Both the position numbers and the translations under genes were made by a program. From the NCBI GenBank assembly GCA_963745025.1, contig CAVUWD010000020.1:96001-160000 (forward strand): a stretch of 64,000 nucleotides of DNA, given 5' to 3'. The DNA comes from an uncultured delta proteobacterium (GTDB lineage Bacteria; Desulfobacterota; Binatia; JACPRU01). Below, piece after piece: positions 13,722 through 22,688 of the stretch; within the stretch, counting starts at the first letter, position 1, and each line of letters starts with the position of its first letter. Under the pieces are notes generated by a model, which made no database searches, was not told the DNA's origin, and saw only the letters and a program-made list of their open reading frames with translations.

Positions 13722-14695
13722 GGCCCGTCGAGCTCTGGGCGCCTTCGCCCGACGAGACCGCCACGACGGGGGTTGCGGTCGCGGGGGCCGCTCGAGAGCA
13801 GCGGCGCCTGCCCGTCTTGAACCTCGTTCTGTTCGCGCTTACGCTCGCGACCACCACCATCGCCGGAGCGCTCAACGCCGAGGTTTCCCCGCCGGATCTC
13901 CGCGCAAACTGGACGAGCGGTCTTCCCTTCTCGCTCACGCTGATGGCGATCTTACTGGCCCACGAGATGGGCCACTATGTGCTTGCCCGGCTCCACGGGG
14001 TGCGGGTGACGTTGCCGTTTTTTCTCCCGGGCCCGCCTTTCTTGACCGGCACCTTCGGCGCGTTCATCCGCATGAAGTCGCTGCCGCAGAACCGCCGCAT
14101 TCTGTTCGACGTCGGTGCAGCCGGCCCCTGGGCGGGCGTTTGCGTGGCGATCCCTGCGGTGATCTGCGGCCTTCGTCTCTCAGAGATCCATCCGATCCCT
14201 CCCAGCTTTAGGGGATTCGAGTTCGGGGATTCGCTGCTCTTCAAGCTGCTCTCTCGCTGCGTCGTCGGTCCCGTGCCCTACGGCTTCGACATCATGCTCC
14301 ATCCGATCGCGCTCGCTGGCTGGTTCGGCTTGCTGGTGACGGTGCTCAATCTGCTGCCGGTCGGCCAACTGGATGGCGGACACGTGATCTATGCGTTGTT
14401 CGGTCGGCGCCATCGGTGGATCGCCCGCGGCTTTCTGGTCTTCACCGTCGGAGTTGGATTTCTCGGCTGGTACGGTTGGTTCCTCTGGGCGGTCTTGATG
14501 GTGTTGGTCGGTCTCGATCATCCGCCGACGCTCGACCACGAGACGCCGCTCGATCCGAAGCGCCGGCTCGCCGGCTGGCTCACTTTGGTGCTGTTCGTCG
14601 TTACGTTCATTCCCGTGCCGATCCGGATGCTCGAGGGTGGAAGCGGTCCGAGCCCGGACGAGCTGATCCCGGCGACGCTTTGGTTCGGAGGTTGA
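13718..14695 (+). CDS. Site-2 protease (M50 intramembrane metalloprotease)
   Basis: HEMGH, AAGP, NLLPVGQLDGGH motifs; several TM segments. Confidence 0.93.
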   Translation: MRPVELWAPSPDETATTGVAVAGAAREQRRLPVLNLVLFALTLATTTIAGALNAEVSPPDLRANWTSGLPFSLTLMAILLAHEMGHYVLARLHGVRVTLPFFLPGPPFLTGTFGAFIRMKSLPQNRRILFDVGAAGPWAGVCVAIPAVICGLRLSEIHPIPPSFRGFEFGDSLLFKLLSRCVVGPVPYGFDIMLHPIALAGWFGLLVTVLNLLPVGQLDGGHVIYALFGRRHRWIARGFLVFTVGVGFLGWYGWFLWAVLMVLVGLDHPPTLDHETPLDPKRRLAGWLTLVLFVVTFIPVPIRMLEGGSGPSPDELIPATLWFGG

Positions 14696-14720
14696 GTGTG
14701 GGGCGACGGGTGGAGGAGCC

Positions 14721-15173
14721 ATGAGCGAGCGACCTTCTTGGGACCAGTACTTCATGCTGATCACGCGGCAGGTCGCAGACCGTTCGACTTGCAACCGAGC
14801 GAAAGTCGGTGCGGTGATCGTGCGCGACAAGAACATTCTCGCCACTGGCTACAACGGATCGCCCGCCGGACTACCACACTGCACGGACGTGGGATGCCTG
14901 ATCTACGAGTCCCGGACGCCGAGCGGAGAGATCGAAGAGAACTGCTTTCGGACGATTCACGCCGAGATCAACGCGATCGCACAAGCGGCGAAGAACGGAT
15001 CATCGATTCTCGGCGCCGACATCTACATCACGCACACCCCCTGCATTCATTGCTTCAAAGTCCTCATCAATACCGGAATCAAGCGCGTCCTCTACGAGAA
15101 GCCGTACAAGATCGCGACCATCGACGAGCTGCGGCGGTATTGCGACGTAGGGCTGATTCAGGTTCCGATGTAA
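14721..15173 (+). CDS. dCMP deaminase family protein (ComEB-like)
   Basis: RPSWDQYF, RSTC, TGYNG, HAEINA, PCIHC. Confidence 0.93.
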   Translation: MSERPSWDQYFMLITRQVADRSTCNRAKVGAVIVRDKNILATGYNGSPAGLPHCTDVGCLIYESRTPSGEIEENCFRTIHAEINAIAQAAKNGSSILGADIYITHTPCIHCFKVLINTGIKRVLYEKPYKIATIDELRRYCDVGLIQVPM

Positions 15174-15176
15174 TCC

Positions 15177-15821
15177 ATGAGCTGGAGCGTTTCGCGCTGG
15201 CAGCGGGTCGGCGGCCTCGAGCAGCGCTTCGGTGATCGCATCGAGGCTCTGCCGCGGGCGGTGGCCACGCTGCGGCAGGTCCACGGACGCCGCATCCACC
15301 ATCTCGATGACGCTTCAGAGGGCAGCGAGGGAGATGGCCTAGTGACCGACCGCCCGGCAACGCTCGTCGGTGTCTGGACCGCGGATTGCGTGCCCGTCCA
15401 CCTAGTCGCGCCCGGAGCGCGGATCGCCGCCGCGCTTCACTGTGGCTGGCGCGGCAGCGCGGCTGGAATGATTCCAGCCGCCCTGGAGCTCTTGGAGCGA
15501 CGCTGGAACGTGAGGACAGGGGAGATCGACGCTGCGCTCGGGCCTGCAATCGACGGTTGCTGCTACGAGGTTGGCGACGAAGTTCGCAGCGCCTTCGTTG
15601 CCCGAGCCGGCCTGCGGCTCGGGAGCATCGGTTTCCAGGCCCGCGGGCACCACCTCTACTTGGGTCTCCGGTCCTTTCTCGCGGCGGAGCTCCAGGCCTT
15701 CGGGGTGGCGCACATCGAGCGACTCGGACCCTGTACCGGGTGTCGCACGGACCTGCTGTATTCCTATCGCAAGGAGGGGAAGACCGGCCGCCAGCTGAGC
15801 TGGATCGGCTGGCAGGCCTGA
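15177..15821 (+). CDS. pgeF: YfiH/PgeF family (purine nucleoside phosphorylase, laccase-domain) protein
   Basis: QVHG, TADCVPV, HCGWRG, GPAI..CCYEVG, SYRK..TGR. Confidence 0.88.
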   Translation: MSWSVSRWQRVGGLEQRFGDRIEALPRAVATLRQVHGRRIHHLDDASEGSEGDGLVTDRPATLVGVWTADCVPVHLVAPGARIAAALHCGWRGSAAGMIPAALELLERRWNVRTGEIDAALGPAIDGCCYEVGDEVRSAFVARAGLRLGSIGFQARGHHLYLGLRSFLAAELQAFGVAHIERLGPCTGCRTDLLYSYRKEGKTGRQLSWIGWQA

Positions 15822-16086
15822 AAACACTGGTAGTGGGCGATTTTTTTGACGATCGACGTCCCCTTCACCATCTGGTCAGAGCCCAAAAGACCCATTACCG
15901 AAATGCTCGCACCCTTGTCTCGTCAGCGGTTTTCCAGTGCTCGGTTGGGCTGTCATGAGGAGCGGCAAGACGACTGCCGGAGATCCCAGGGCGAAGACCG
16001 TGAGAATCGGTATCCGGGCCGACCAAAGTCGAGTCTAGCGGCGGCGGTATCGGCGAACGTGGGAGCGCCCGCGACCCTTGAAATCG

Positions 16087-16115
16087 TTGCCGAAGGGGCG
16101 GGAGGCTGCTAGGGT
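16087..16115 (+). promoter_or_regulatory. Putative sigma70 promoter for downstream secreted protein
   Basis: TTGCCG-17 nt-TAGGGT, 40 nt before ATG with GAGGAGG RBS. Confidence 0.35.
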
Positions 16116-16155
16116 GCGGGCTTAGGAGCTGGGCCGTTTGAAGAGGAGGATCCGC

Positions 16156-16560
16156 ATGAAACGATCGATTGCTTGTCTGAGCCTCGTGGCCGTCCTCGTG
16201 ATGTACGGCTCTGCGCTCGCGATTCCGCAAGACGAGTACGACGATTCTCAATCGTACCCGCTACGGGTCGCTGCGTACTTGCTGAATCCCGTCGGTGTCG
16301 GTCTCGAGTATGTGATCTTCCGGCCCTTTCACTGGCTGGTATCGTATAACGATACGACCGAGCTGATCTTCGGTCACGGACCGCACGGCGCCGAAGAGAT
16401 GAAGGCGCTTCTCGCGTGTGACGAAACTCACGCGACGGGGTGCTATTATCCGCCGCAACCTTCGTCGGGATATTCGTCGCCACCTTCGACGCAATATTCG
16501 ACGCAAGCCGAGGTTGCGCCGATCGAGCCGCCGAGCAGCGGCAAGTCTTGGATGAAGTAG
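16156..16560 (+). CDS. Hypothetical exported protein
   Basis: Strong GAGGAGG RBS, signal peptide MKRSIACLSLVAVLVMYGSALA, core YDDSQSYPLRVAAYLLNPVG..LEYVIFRPFH, Pro/Ser-rich tail. Confidence 0.75.
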   Translation: MKRSIACLSLVAVLVMYGSALAIPQDEYDDSQSYPLRVAAYLLNPVGVGLEYVIFRPFHWLVSYNDTTELIFGHGPHGAEEMKALLACDETHATGCYYPPQPSSGYSSPPSTQYSTQAEVAPIEPPSSGKSWMK

Positions 16561-16667
16561 GCGCGCCGCGCACTCGCCGAAGGGCGTAGTGGGCTGAAAG
16601 AGGGCCGTCTCGTCTGTCTTGGGCGGCGCAGGCCATTCGCTATGCCGCGGCGCGCATCGGCGCCCGG

Positions 16668-18860
16668 TCAGAGAGCTTCCAGTCTCGCGACTGCTACCGC
16701 GAGCTTGCGGATTCCAAAACCGCCGAACATGACGGTAACCTTCTCGCGCTCGCCGTTGCCTTCGGTGGCGCGTACGATCCCTTCGCCGAGCGTCGGGTGA
16801 CGCACACGCGTGCCGACCGGGAACGACGGCCGTGCCAGCGCTGCGAGCTTGATCGGTCGGGAACCCACGGCGACTTGCGATTCGCTGTAGTCGATCACTC
16901 GCTCGCGCGGCTCATGCGCGGCGTCGTCCTCGGTGCGATCGGTGAGCCGCTCCGCAAAACCCGGCCCGCGAAGCTCGAGAAGCTCGGCCGGGATTTCGCG
17001 TAGGAAGCGTGACGGAGGATTCTCGGTCTCCGCGCCGAAGAGATGCCGCCGGCGTGCCCGCGACAGGTAGAGCTGCTCACGGGCACGGGTCATGCCGACG
17101 TAGCAGAGGCGGCGCTCCTCCTCGACGGCATCCCTCTCCATCAGCGAGCGGCGATGTGGAAAAATTCCTTCTTCCATGCCGACGAGGAATACGACGGGAA
17201 ACTCAAGCCCCTTGGAGGTGTGCAGGGTCATGAGCGTGATGCGATCGTGATCGTCGCTCAACGCATCGGCATCCGCCACCAGTGCGGCTTGTTCGAGAAA
17301 CTCGACGAGTCCCTGGCCTTCCCGATCGGCTTCTTGAGCGACCGTCACGAACTCCCGCAGATCCTCGAGCCGCGATTCCGAGTCGCCGTTCGCCCGCGCG
17401 CGCAGCGTCTCCAGGTAGCGGGTGAGACGGAAGATCTCCTCGACGAGGGCGCCGATCGGGTCTGCCGCTCGCGCGCGAAGCTCCGCAAGCATCTTCGCGA
17501 AGCCAAGAATCTTCCCGCGCACCGCCGTCGGTAGCGCTTCCGGGGGCTCGGCGAGCGTCTCGTCGAGCGAGACATCGCGAGCGCGTGCGGCGGCGACGAG
17601 CTTTTCGAGCGTCGAGGCGCCGATCCCCCGGGCCGGGACGTTGAGAATGCGCTGTAAGCTCCACTCGTCGTCGCGATTGGCGACGACGCGCAAGTACGCG
17701 AGGATATCCTTGATCTCCTTGCGCTCGTAGAACTTGACACCGCCGACCAACGAATACGCGATGCCGGCACGCAAGCATTCCTCCTCGAAGACCCGCGATT
17801 GCGCGTTGGTGCGGTAGAAGACCACGAAGTCGCCGAGCGGTCGCTGGCGCGAGCCCCGAGCGATCTCCTGCACGACGAAGCGCGCTTCGGCCCGCTCATC
17901 GGCTGCGTGATGGAGGATCGCGCGAGAACCGCGCGGGTTCTCGGTCCAGAGCGTCTTTCCCCTCCGGCTCCGATTGTTGCGGATGACCGCGCCCGCCGCG
18001 GCGAGGATGCTTTGGGTGGAGCGGTAGTTCTGTTCGAGTCGGATCACCGTGGCTTCGGGATAATCCTTCTCGAACTCGAGGATGTTGCGGATGTCGGCGC
18101 CCCGCCACCCGTAGATCGATTGATCCTCGTCGCCGACCGCGCTCAAGTTGCGGTGCGCGCCGGCGAGTGCGTGAAGCCACTGGTACTGGGCACGGTTCGT
18201 GTCCTGATACTCGTCGACGAGCAGGTAGCGAAACCCCTGCTGGTAGCGGCGAGCGACGTCCGGGACGCGCTCGAAGAGCGTGAGCGCGAGCAGCAGAAGA
18301 TCGCCGAAATCGACCGCGTTGTTGCGGACGAGCGCCGCCTGATAGAGCGCATAGGCCTCGGCGGCCGCTGCGTCCGTGGACGTCGCGGCGGCGGCGAGCA
18401 GTCGGTCCGGAGTGAGCGCCTCGTTCTTCGCCTGATCGATGCGGGCGAGCAGCGCTTGCGGCGTGACGGGGAAGGATCGGCCTTCGATCGCGGCGGTCAG
18501 CACGCCGAGTTGATCGTGGTCGTCGTAAACGACGAAGGAGGGCTGATAGCCGAGGCCGAGCGTCTCGATGTGTCGCCGCAGCAGGCGAGACGAGATCGAA
18601 TGAAACGTGCCGATCCAGAGCTCTGCGGCGCCCGTTCCGATCAACCGTTCGATGCGCTCGCGCACCTCGCGCGCCGCTTTGTTGGTGAACGTGACGGCGA
18701 GCAGCTCGTTGGGTCGAGCGCGGCCCGCACGAAGAAGGTGGGCGATACGGTGCGTGAGAACGCGCGTCTTGCCGCTTCCCGCGCCGGCGACCACCAGCAA
18801 CGGCCCTTCGCCGTGCTCCACGGCCTTCTGCTGCTCGGGGTTCAGCCCGCCATCCGCCAC
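16668..18860 (-). CDS. uvrD: ATP-dependent DNA helicase UvrD/PcrA
   Basis: LNPEQ, AGAGSGKT, TFTNKAA, DEYQDTN, GDEDQSIYGWRGA, HTSKGLEF, EERRLCYVGMTRA; GTG start at 18860. Confidence 0.95.
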   Translation of the reverse strand: MADGGLNPEQQKAVEHGEGPLLVVAGAGSGKTRVLTHRIAHLLRAGRARPNELLAVTFTNKAAREVRERIERLIGTGAAELWIGTFHSISSRLLRRHIETLGLGYQPSFVVYDDHDQLGVLTAAIEGRSFPVTPQALLARIDQAKNEALTPDRLLAAAATSTDAAAAEAYALYQAALVRNNAVDFGDLLLLALTLFERVPDVARRYQQGFRYLLVDEYQDTNRAQYQWLHALAGAHRNLSAVGDEDQSIYGWRGADIRNILEFEKDYPEATVIRLEQNYRSTQSILAAAGAVIRNNRSRRGKTLWTENPRGSRAILHHAADERAEARFVVQEIARGSRQRPLGDFVVFYRTNAQSRVFEEECLRAGIAYSLVGGVKFYERKEIKDILAYLRVVANRDDEWSLQRILNVPARGIGASTLEKLVAAARARDVSLDETLAEPPEALPTAVRGKILGFAKMLAELRARAADPIGALVEEIFRLTRYLETLRARANGDSESRLEDLREFVTVAQEADREGQGLVEFLEQAALVADADALSDDHDRITLMTLHTSKGLEFPVVFLVGMEEGIFPHRRSLMERDAVEEERRLCYVGMTRAREQLYLSRARRRHLFGAETENPPSRFLREIPAELLELRGPGFAERLTDRTEDDAAHEPRERVIDYSESQVAVGSRPIKLAALARPSFPVGTRVRHPTLGEGIVRATEGNGEREKVTVMFGGFGIRKLAVAVARLEAL

Positions 18861-18923
18861 ACGCTTCCTCGATCCGCCCGAGCCTTCTCTTTGATGCAAT
18901 TCAAAGCGACAGGCAATACGGTC

Positions 18924-18964
18924 AAAAAAAGAGGGCTGCGAGACGGAATGACCTCGCAGCCCTC
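18924..18964 (-). terminator. Intrinsic terminator after 18991-19377 gene
   Basis: 12-bp perfect stem gagggctgcgag/ctcgcagccctc followed on minus strand by T7. Confidence 0.85.
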
Positions 18965-18990
18965 GTACAGTCGGAGAGGTGACGATCGCT

Positions 18991-19377
18991 TCAGACGGCG
19001 ATGCGGTTGTCCTCCTCGGCGTTTGCCGTCTGCGTGGATACGCGGCCACCGGCCAGGCGGGCACGCTGACGCCATTCCTGAAGCCCGCGCCGCAGATAGT
19101 CTGCGTTCAGCTCGAGCGTGTGGCAGATGTTCTCGTACGCAAAGACCCAGGAATTATCCGACGAGAAGAGCCATTCCTCCGCTTCGGAGAAGAGCTCGCG
19201 ACCGCGCGATTCGCGCGAGAACGCAAACTTCTGATAGCAATCGACCGCGTCCTCGAGCACCGCCAGCATCAACCGCTTCTCGCCACGAGTTGCCGAGCCG
19301 CGACCACGAAAATGTGCGAAGAATTGTGACGGCAGCAGCGTATCCGGCTCGAAAAGACTGACCACAGACTGACGCAT
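18991..19377 (-). CDS. Small helical hypothetical protein (paralog A)
   Basis: GAGGAGG RBS, own terminator; aligns end to end with 19839-20201 product. Confidence 0.85.
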   Translation of the reverse strand: MRQSVVSLFEPDTLLPSQFFAHFRGRGSATRGEKRLMLAVLEDAVDCYQKFAFSRESRGRELFSEAEEWLFSSDNSWVFAYENICHTLELNADYLRRGLQEWRQRARLAGGRVSTQTANAEEDNRIAV

Positions 19378-19838
19378 TTACGCTCCTCCTCAGTTACAGC
19401 TACCCGCACCCTGCCCCTGGATTCGGCTGCGAGTTCAGGGCTTAGAACCAGTGGCGCACAATATGCCGGGCGCGCGTCAGAAAGCTAATGAAAAACTCTT
19501 TTTTGTATTATTAGCTTCTCTTATCGCGGCGCGTCAAAAATGGTGCGAGTCGAGAACGCGACGGAGCTCGCCGAAGCCGATTCTCGGGTATCGACGTAGG
19601 ATATTCCGATTCGCTAAGACTTCCGAAGAGTTATTCCACGGTCACACCGCCGGGCACGCCCGCGGCGCCGGCCCCGGGACGCGCTCTGGCGCGCCAATTC
19701 GTTTGGCGTCCAGGGGCCTCGCGGCTCCGATGAATCCCTCCGTCGACGTATCCGAAGCGCAACTGCGAGGCGGTTCACGCTCCGGCGAAACGAGTTCCAC
19801 CGCAAAGGCCGCACGCGGTGGCAGGAAGAGGCGGACAG

Positions 19839-20201
19839 CTACGCGGCACGCGAGGTAGTCGCCAAGCTTCGCTGCCGATCCCGCCAAGCGAATAGCGAGC
19901 GCCTCACCTTTGTCGGATTCAGCTGGAAGAGCTCGCAGAGCCGATCGAAGGAGAATATGGATTCTTGACCCGTAATCTCGATCCACTCCATAGTCTCGAC
20001 GTACGCCTCGCTCCGCTCACGACCCAGCATCACTTCCTTGCGAAAGGTCTCGATACCGTCGCTGAACACGGTCCACAAAAGTGAGAGCTCGCCGGACCAG
20101 TTTGGCTGTTGCTCGGAGAAGAACTGCTCTGGGAGGATGAAGTCCGGTTCCAGATTCGCGAAAGCTGTCGGATCCATGGGTTCAGGTAAGCGTTGTGCCA
20201 T
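19839..20201 (-). CDS. Small helical hypothetical protein (paralog B)
   Basis: ATG 20201 with GGAGGG RBS; shares EPD..LP.QFF, GE..L..V..D, EW, F....C....LN...RR.L..WR.R with paralog A. Confidence 0.82.
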   Translation of the reverse strand: MAQRLPEPMDPTAFANLEPDFILPEQFFSEQQPNWSGELSLLWTVFSDGIETFRKEVMLGRERSEAYVETMEWIEITGQESIFSFDRLCELFQLNPTKVRRSLFAWRDRQRSLATTSRAA

Positions 20202-20239
20202 TTTTTCATTCCCTCCAGAATGACGATGGCACGTCTTAA

Positions 20240-20256
20240 AGCAATTACTTTGCCAA
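20240..20256 (-). promoter_or_regulatory. sigma54 (RpoN) -24/-12 promoter for paralog B
   Basis: Minus strand TTGGCAAAGTAATTGCT: GG-N10-GC with TGGCA and TTGCT, just upstream of RBS, preceded by an AT-rich tract. Confidence 0.7.
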
Positions 20257-20925
20257 CTTTCGTGCAAGTCAAAATTTGGCTATTCTCTGATATGGATCTA
20301 TGGCTTAGCCAAATATTGATACTACGATTTATGAATCCATTAAGATACGATGATACAAGACTTTAACATTAGTGGCCAATAATTGTCAGTTCAAGGCGGC
20401 CACTTTAGTTCACTCCCGGAAAATATGCGGATGAAACCCGTATAGCCAGGTTCGTTTTCGGTCACTGATAGCAAGCCGTTCTTCGATGCGTCGATCGATA
20501 TGGTCTCGACGTATCCACCATCAGAAACGCTTCATCAGGCTCTTCGAAATCGTCGATCAGGATGCGAAGCTCCAGAACCATCAGGTCATCGGCGCGGGAC
20601 AAGAACGGCACATGCTCCCGAACAGTGACCAGAACCGACGGTAGCTCGCCACGCGTTTGCCCCCGAAGGACGGCTCGATCCAGCGGCCGAGGCCGTACCC
20701 GAGCACGCCGAAGGCGGTGCGGCCAACGTTTGATCCGGCGGCGAGAAGAATTGCCGAGCGCGTGCGAAGTGCCTCGGTTGCGCCCGGGGTCTGCGTTGAT
20801 CGAAAACGTGTCGTTCGGCCCCGCTCGAAGGCTAGGGCGTCGACGCTCATACGAGAGAGGACTGTTGCGAGTCGTGACGACGATGTCTAGTGTTAGCATT
20901 GCCGTTGCCGTCCGCCGCAAGTCCC

Positions 20926-22524
20926 ATGCTCTACGAAGACCGCGTCGCCCAGTTTCGCTGGCAGATTCCCGAGGACTTCAATTTCGCGTGGGATGTCATC
21001 GACGCCTACGCGCAGGATCGTAGCCGGTTGGCGCTCGTCTGGGAAAACGAGGCCGGCGACGAGGCGCGGTACACGTTCTGGGATTTCTCCGAGCGGAGCC
21101 GCCGATTCGCCAACGTGCTTCTCGGTCTCGGCGTCTGCCGCGGCGATCCGGTGATGATCATGCTGCCGCGCATTCCCGAGTGGCAGACGGTGTTCCTCGG
21201 CGTGCTCCGCATCGGCGCCCTGGCGATTCCCTGCACCTCCCAGCTTCGCGCCAAAGACATCGTCTACAGGGCAAACCACAGCGAGGCAAAGGCGATCGTA
21301 ACGACCGCGGAGAACTGCGAGCTCGTTGAGAGCGCGCTCGCCGAGTGTCCCTCCCTCGACGCGAGGATTGCGGCGGGCGGACCGCGGCCGGGCTGGACGA
21401 ACTTTCAAGAGGCGATGCGGGACGCCCCGCGCTCGCTCGAGCGCGTGCGCACACGCTCGAGTGAGCCGGCGATCTGCTTTTACACATCGGGCACGACGAA
21501 GGAGCCGAAGGCCGTCCTGCACGCTCATTCATACACGCTTGCCCACCGCGTGACCGGCGAGGCGTGGCTCGACCTCCGCCGCACCGACCTGCACTGGACG
21601 ACGTCCGACACCGGCTGGGCGAAGGCGGCTTGGGGTGTGCTCTTCGGTCCGTGGAACCTCGGCGTGCCGGTCCTCATGTACAACGGCCGGTTCGAGCCCA
21701 AGAAGGAGCTCCAGCTTCTGGAAAAGCATCAGGTGACCACGTTCTGCGCCCCGCCCACAGAATATCGAATGCTCGTCAAGGAGGATCTCGCGCGGTTCGA
21801 TCTCCCGAAGCTGAGACACTGTACGGGGGCCGGGGAGCCGCTCAATCCCGAAGTCATCGATCAATGGAAGAAGGCTTACGGCTTGACCATACACGACGGC
21901 TACGGGCAGAGCGAAACCGTGCTCCTGGTCGGTAACCTCGCCGGCTTGCCGGTTCGGCCAGGCTCGATGGGCAAGCCCGCACCCGGCCACGATGTCCGCG
22001 TCATCGACGAAGCTGGCAGAGAAGCGCCGGTCGGTGAGGTCGGCGAAGTGGCATTGCGGGGACGAACGCCGTCTCTTTTTCTGGAATACTGGAAAAATCC
22101 TGGCGAGAGCGAGGCGTGCTGGCGGGGGGATTTTTATCTGACCGGAGATCGCGCGTACCGCGACGAGCAGGGATACTTCTGGTTCGTCGGTCGCGGCGAC
22201 GACGTGATCATTTCCGCTGGCTATCGCATCGGCCCGTTCGAGGTCGAGAGCGCGCTTCTCACCCATCCTGCCGTTCTAGAGTCCGCGGTCGTGGCGAGCC
22301 CGGACCCCGTTCGCGGCAGCATCGTCAAGGCGTTCATCAAGCTGAGACCGCAGCACGTCGGCTCCGAAGACCTGCAGAAACAAATTCAAGACCACGTGAA
22401 GCGCATCACGGCGCCCTACAAGTATCCACGAGAGATCGAGTTCGTCGACGATCTGCCGAAGACGGTGAGTGGGAAGATCCGCCGTGTCGAACTGCGTAAA
22501 CGCGAGGAAGACCGCAAACGTTGA
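20926..22524 (+). CDS. Acyl-CoA synthetase (medium-chain/acetyl-CoA synthetase-like, AMP-binding)
   Basis: YTSGTTKEPK, DTGWAK, GYGQSET, TGDR, GYRIGPFEVES, PKTVSGKI. Confidence 0.93.
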   Translation: MLYEDRVAQFRWQIPEDFNFAWDVIDAYAQDRSRLALVWENEAGDEARYTFWDFSERSRRFANVLLGLGVCRGDPVMIMLPRIPEWQTVFLGVLRIGALAIPCTSQLRAKDIVYRANHSEAKAIVTTAENCELVESALAECPSLDARIAAGGPRPGWTNFQEAMRDAPRSLERVRTRSSEPAICFYTSGTTKEPKAVLHAHSYTLAHRVTGEAWLDLRRTDLHWTTSDTGWAKAAWGVLFGPWNLGVPVLMYNGRFEPKKELQLLEKHQVTTFCAPPTEYRMLVKEDLARFDLPKLRHCTGAGEPLNPEVIDQWKKAYGLTIHDGYGQSETVLLVGNLAGLPVRPGSMGKPAPGHDVRVIDEAGREAPVGEVGEVALRGRTPSLFLEYWKNPGESEACWRGDFYLTGDRAYRDEQGYFWFVGRGDDVIISAGYRIGPFEVESALLTHPAVLESAVVASPDPVRGSIVKAFIKLRPQHVGSEDLQKQIQDHVKRITAPYKYPREIEFVDDLPKTVSGKIRRVELRKREEDRKR

Positions 22525-22541
22525 TTCGGTGGTGGGCTTCC

Positions 22542-22570
22542 TTGACACGTCCCGGAGTTGGACGTAAATT
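22542..22570 (+). promoter_or_regulatory. sigma70 promoter upstream of rpoD
   Basis: TTGACA-17 nt-TAAATT. Confidence 0.65.
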
Positions 22571-22688
22571 GGCTTTTCAAGCGACGTCCGATTCTTCCGC
22601 CGAGGGATCCACTCTCTGACGCTTCACCGTTCATCGCGGCTGCAACTCGCGCGAAGCGCTTCGTGTCCCCGTCCTTAAAGTAGGATTC

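Noticed and set aside
16111-16120. AGGGTGCGGG shared upstream of the 16156 gene and paralog A (19403-19412, minus)
   Set aside because: Only 10 bp, at different distances from the starts, in a GC-rich genome; may be chance
16561-16655. 10-bp GC inverted repeat enclosing ~75 nt between convergent genes (possible ncRNA)
   Set aside because: All-GC arms are common at this composition; no SRP, 6S or other recognisable motif
20462-20920. Minus-strand 152-aa ORF with a protein-like C-terminal half
   Set aside because: No RBS or recognisable motif and an Arg-rich N-terminal half; cannot be supported, though a short gene is not excluded
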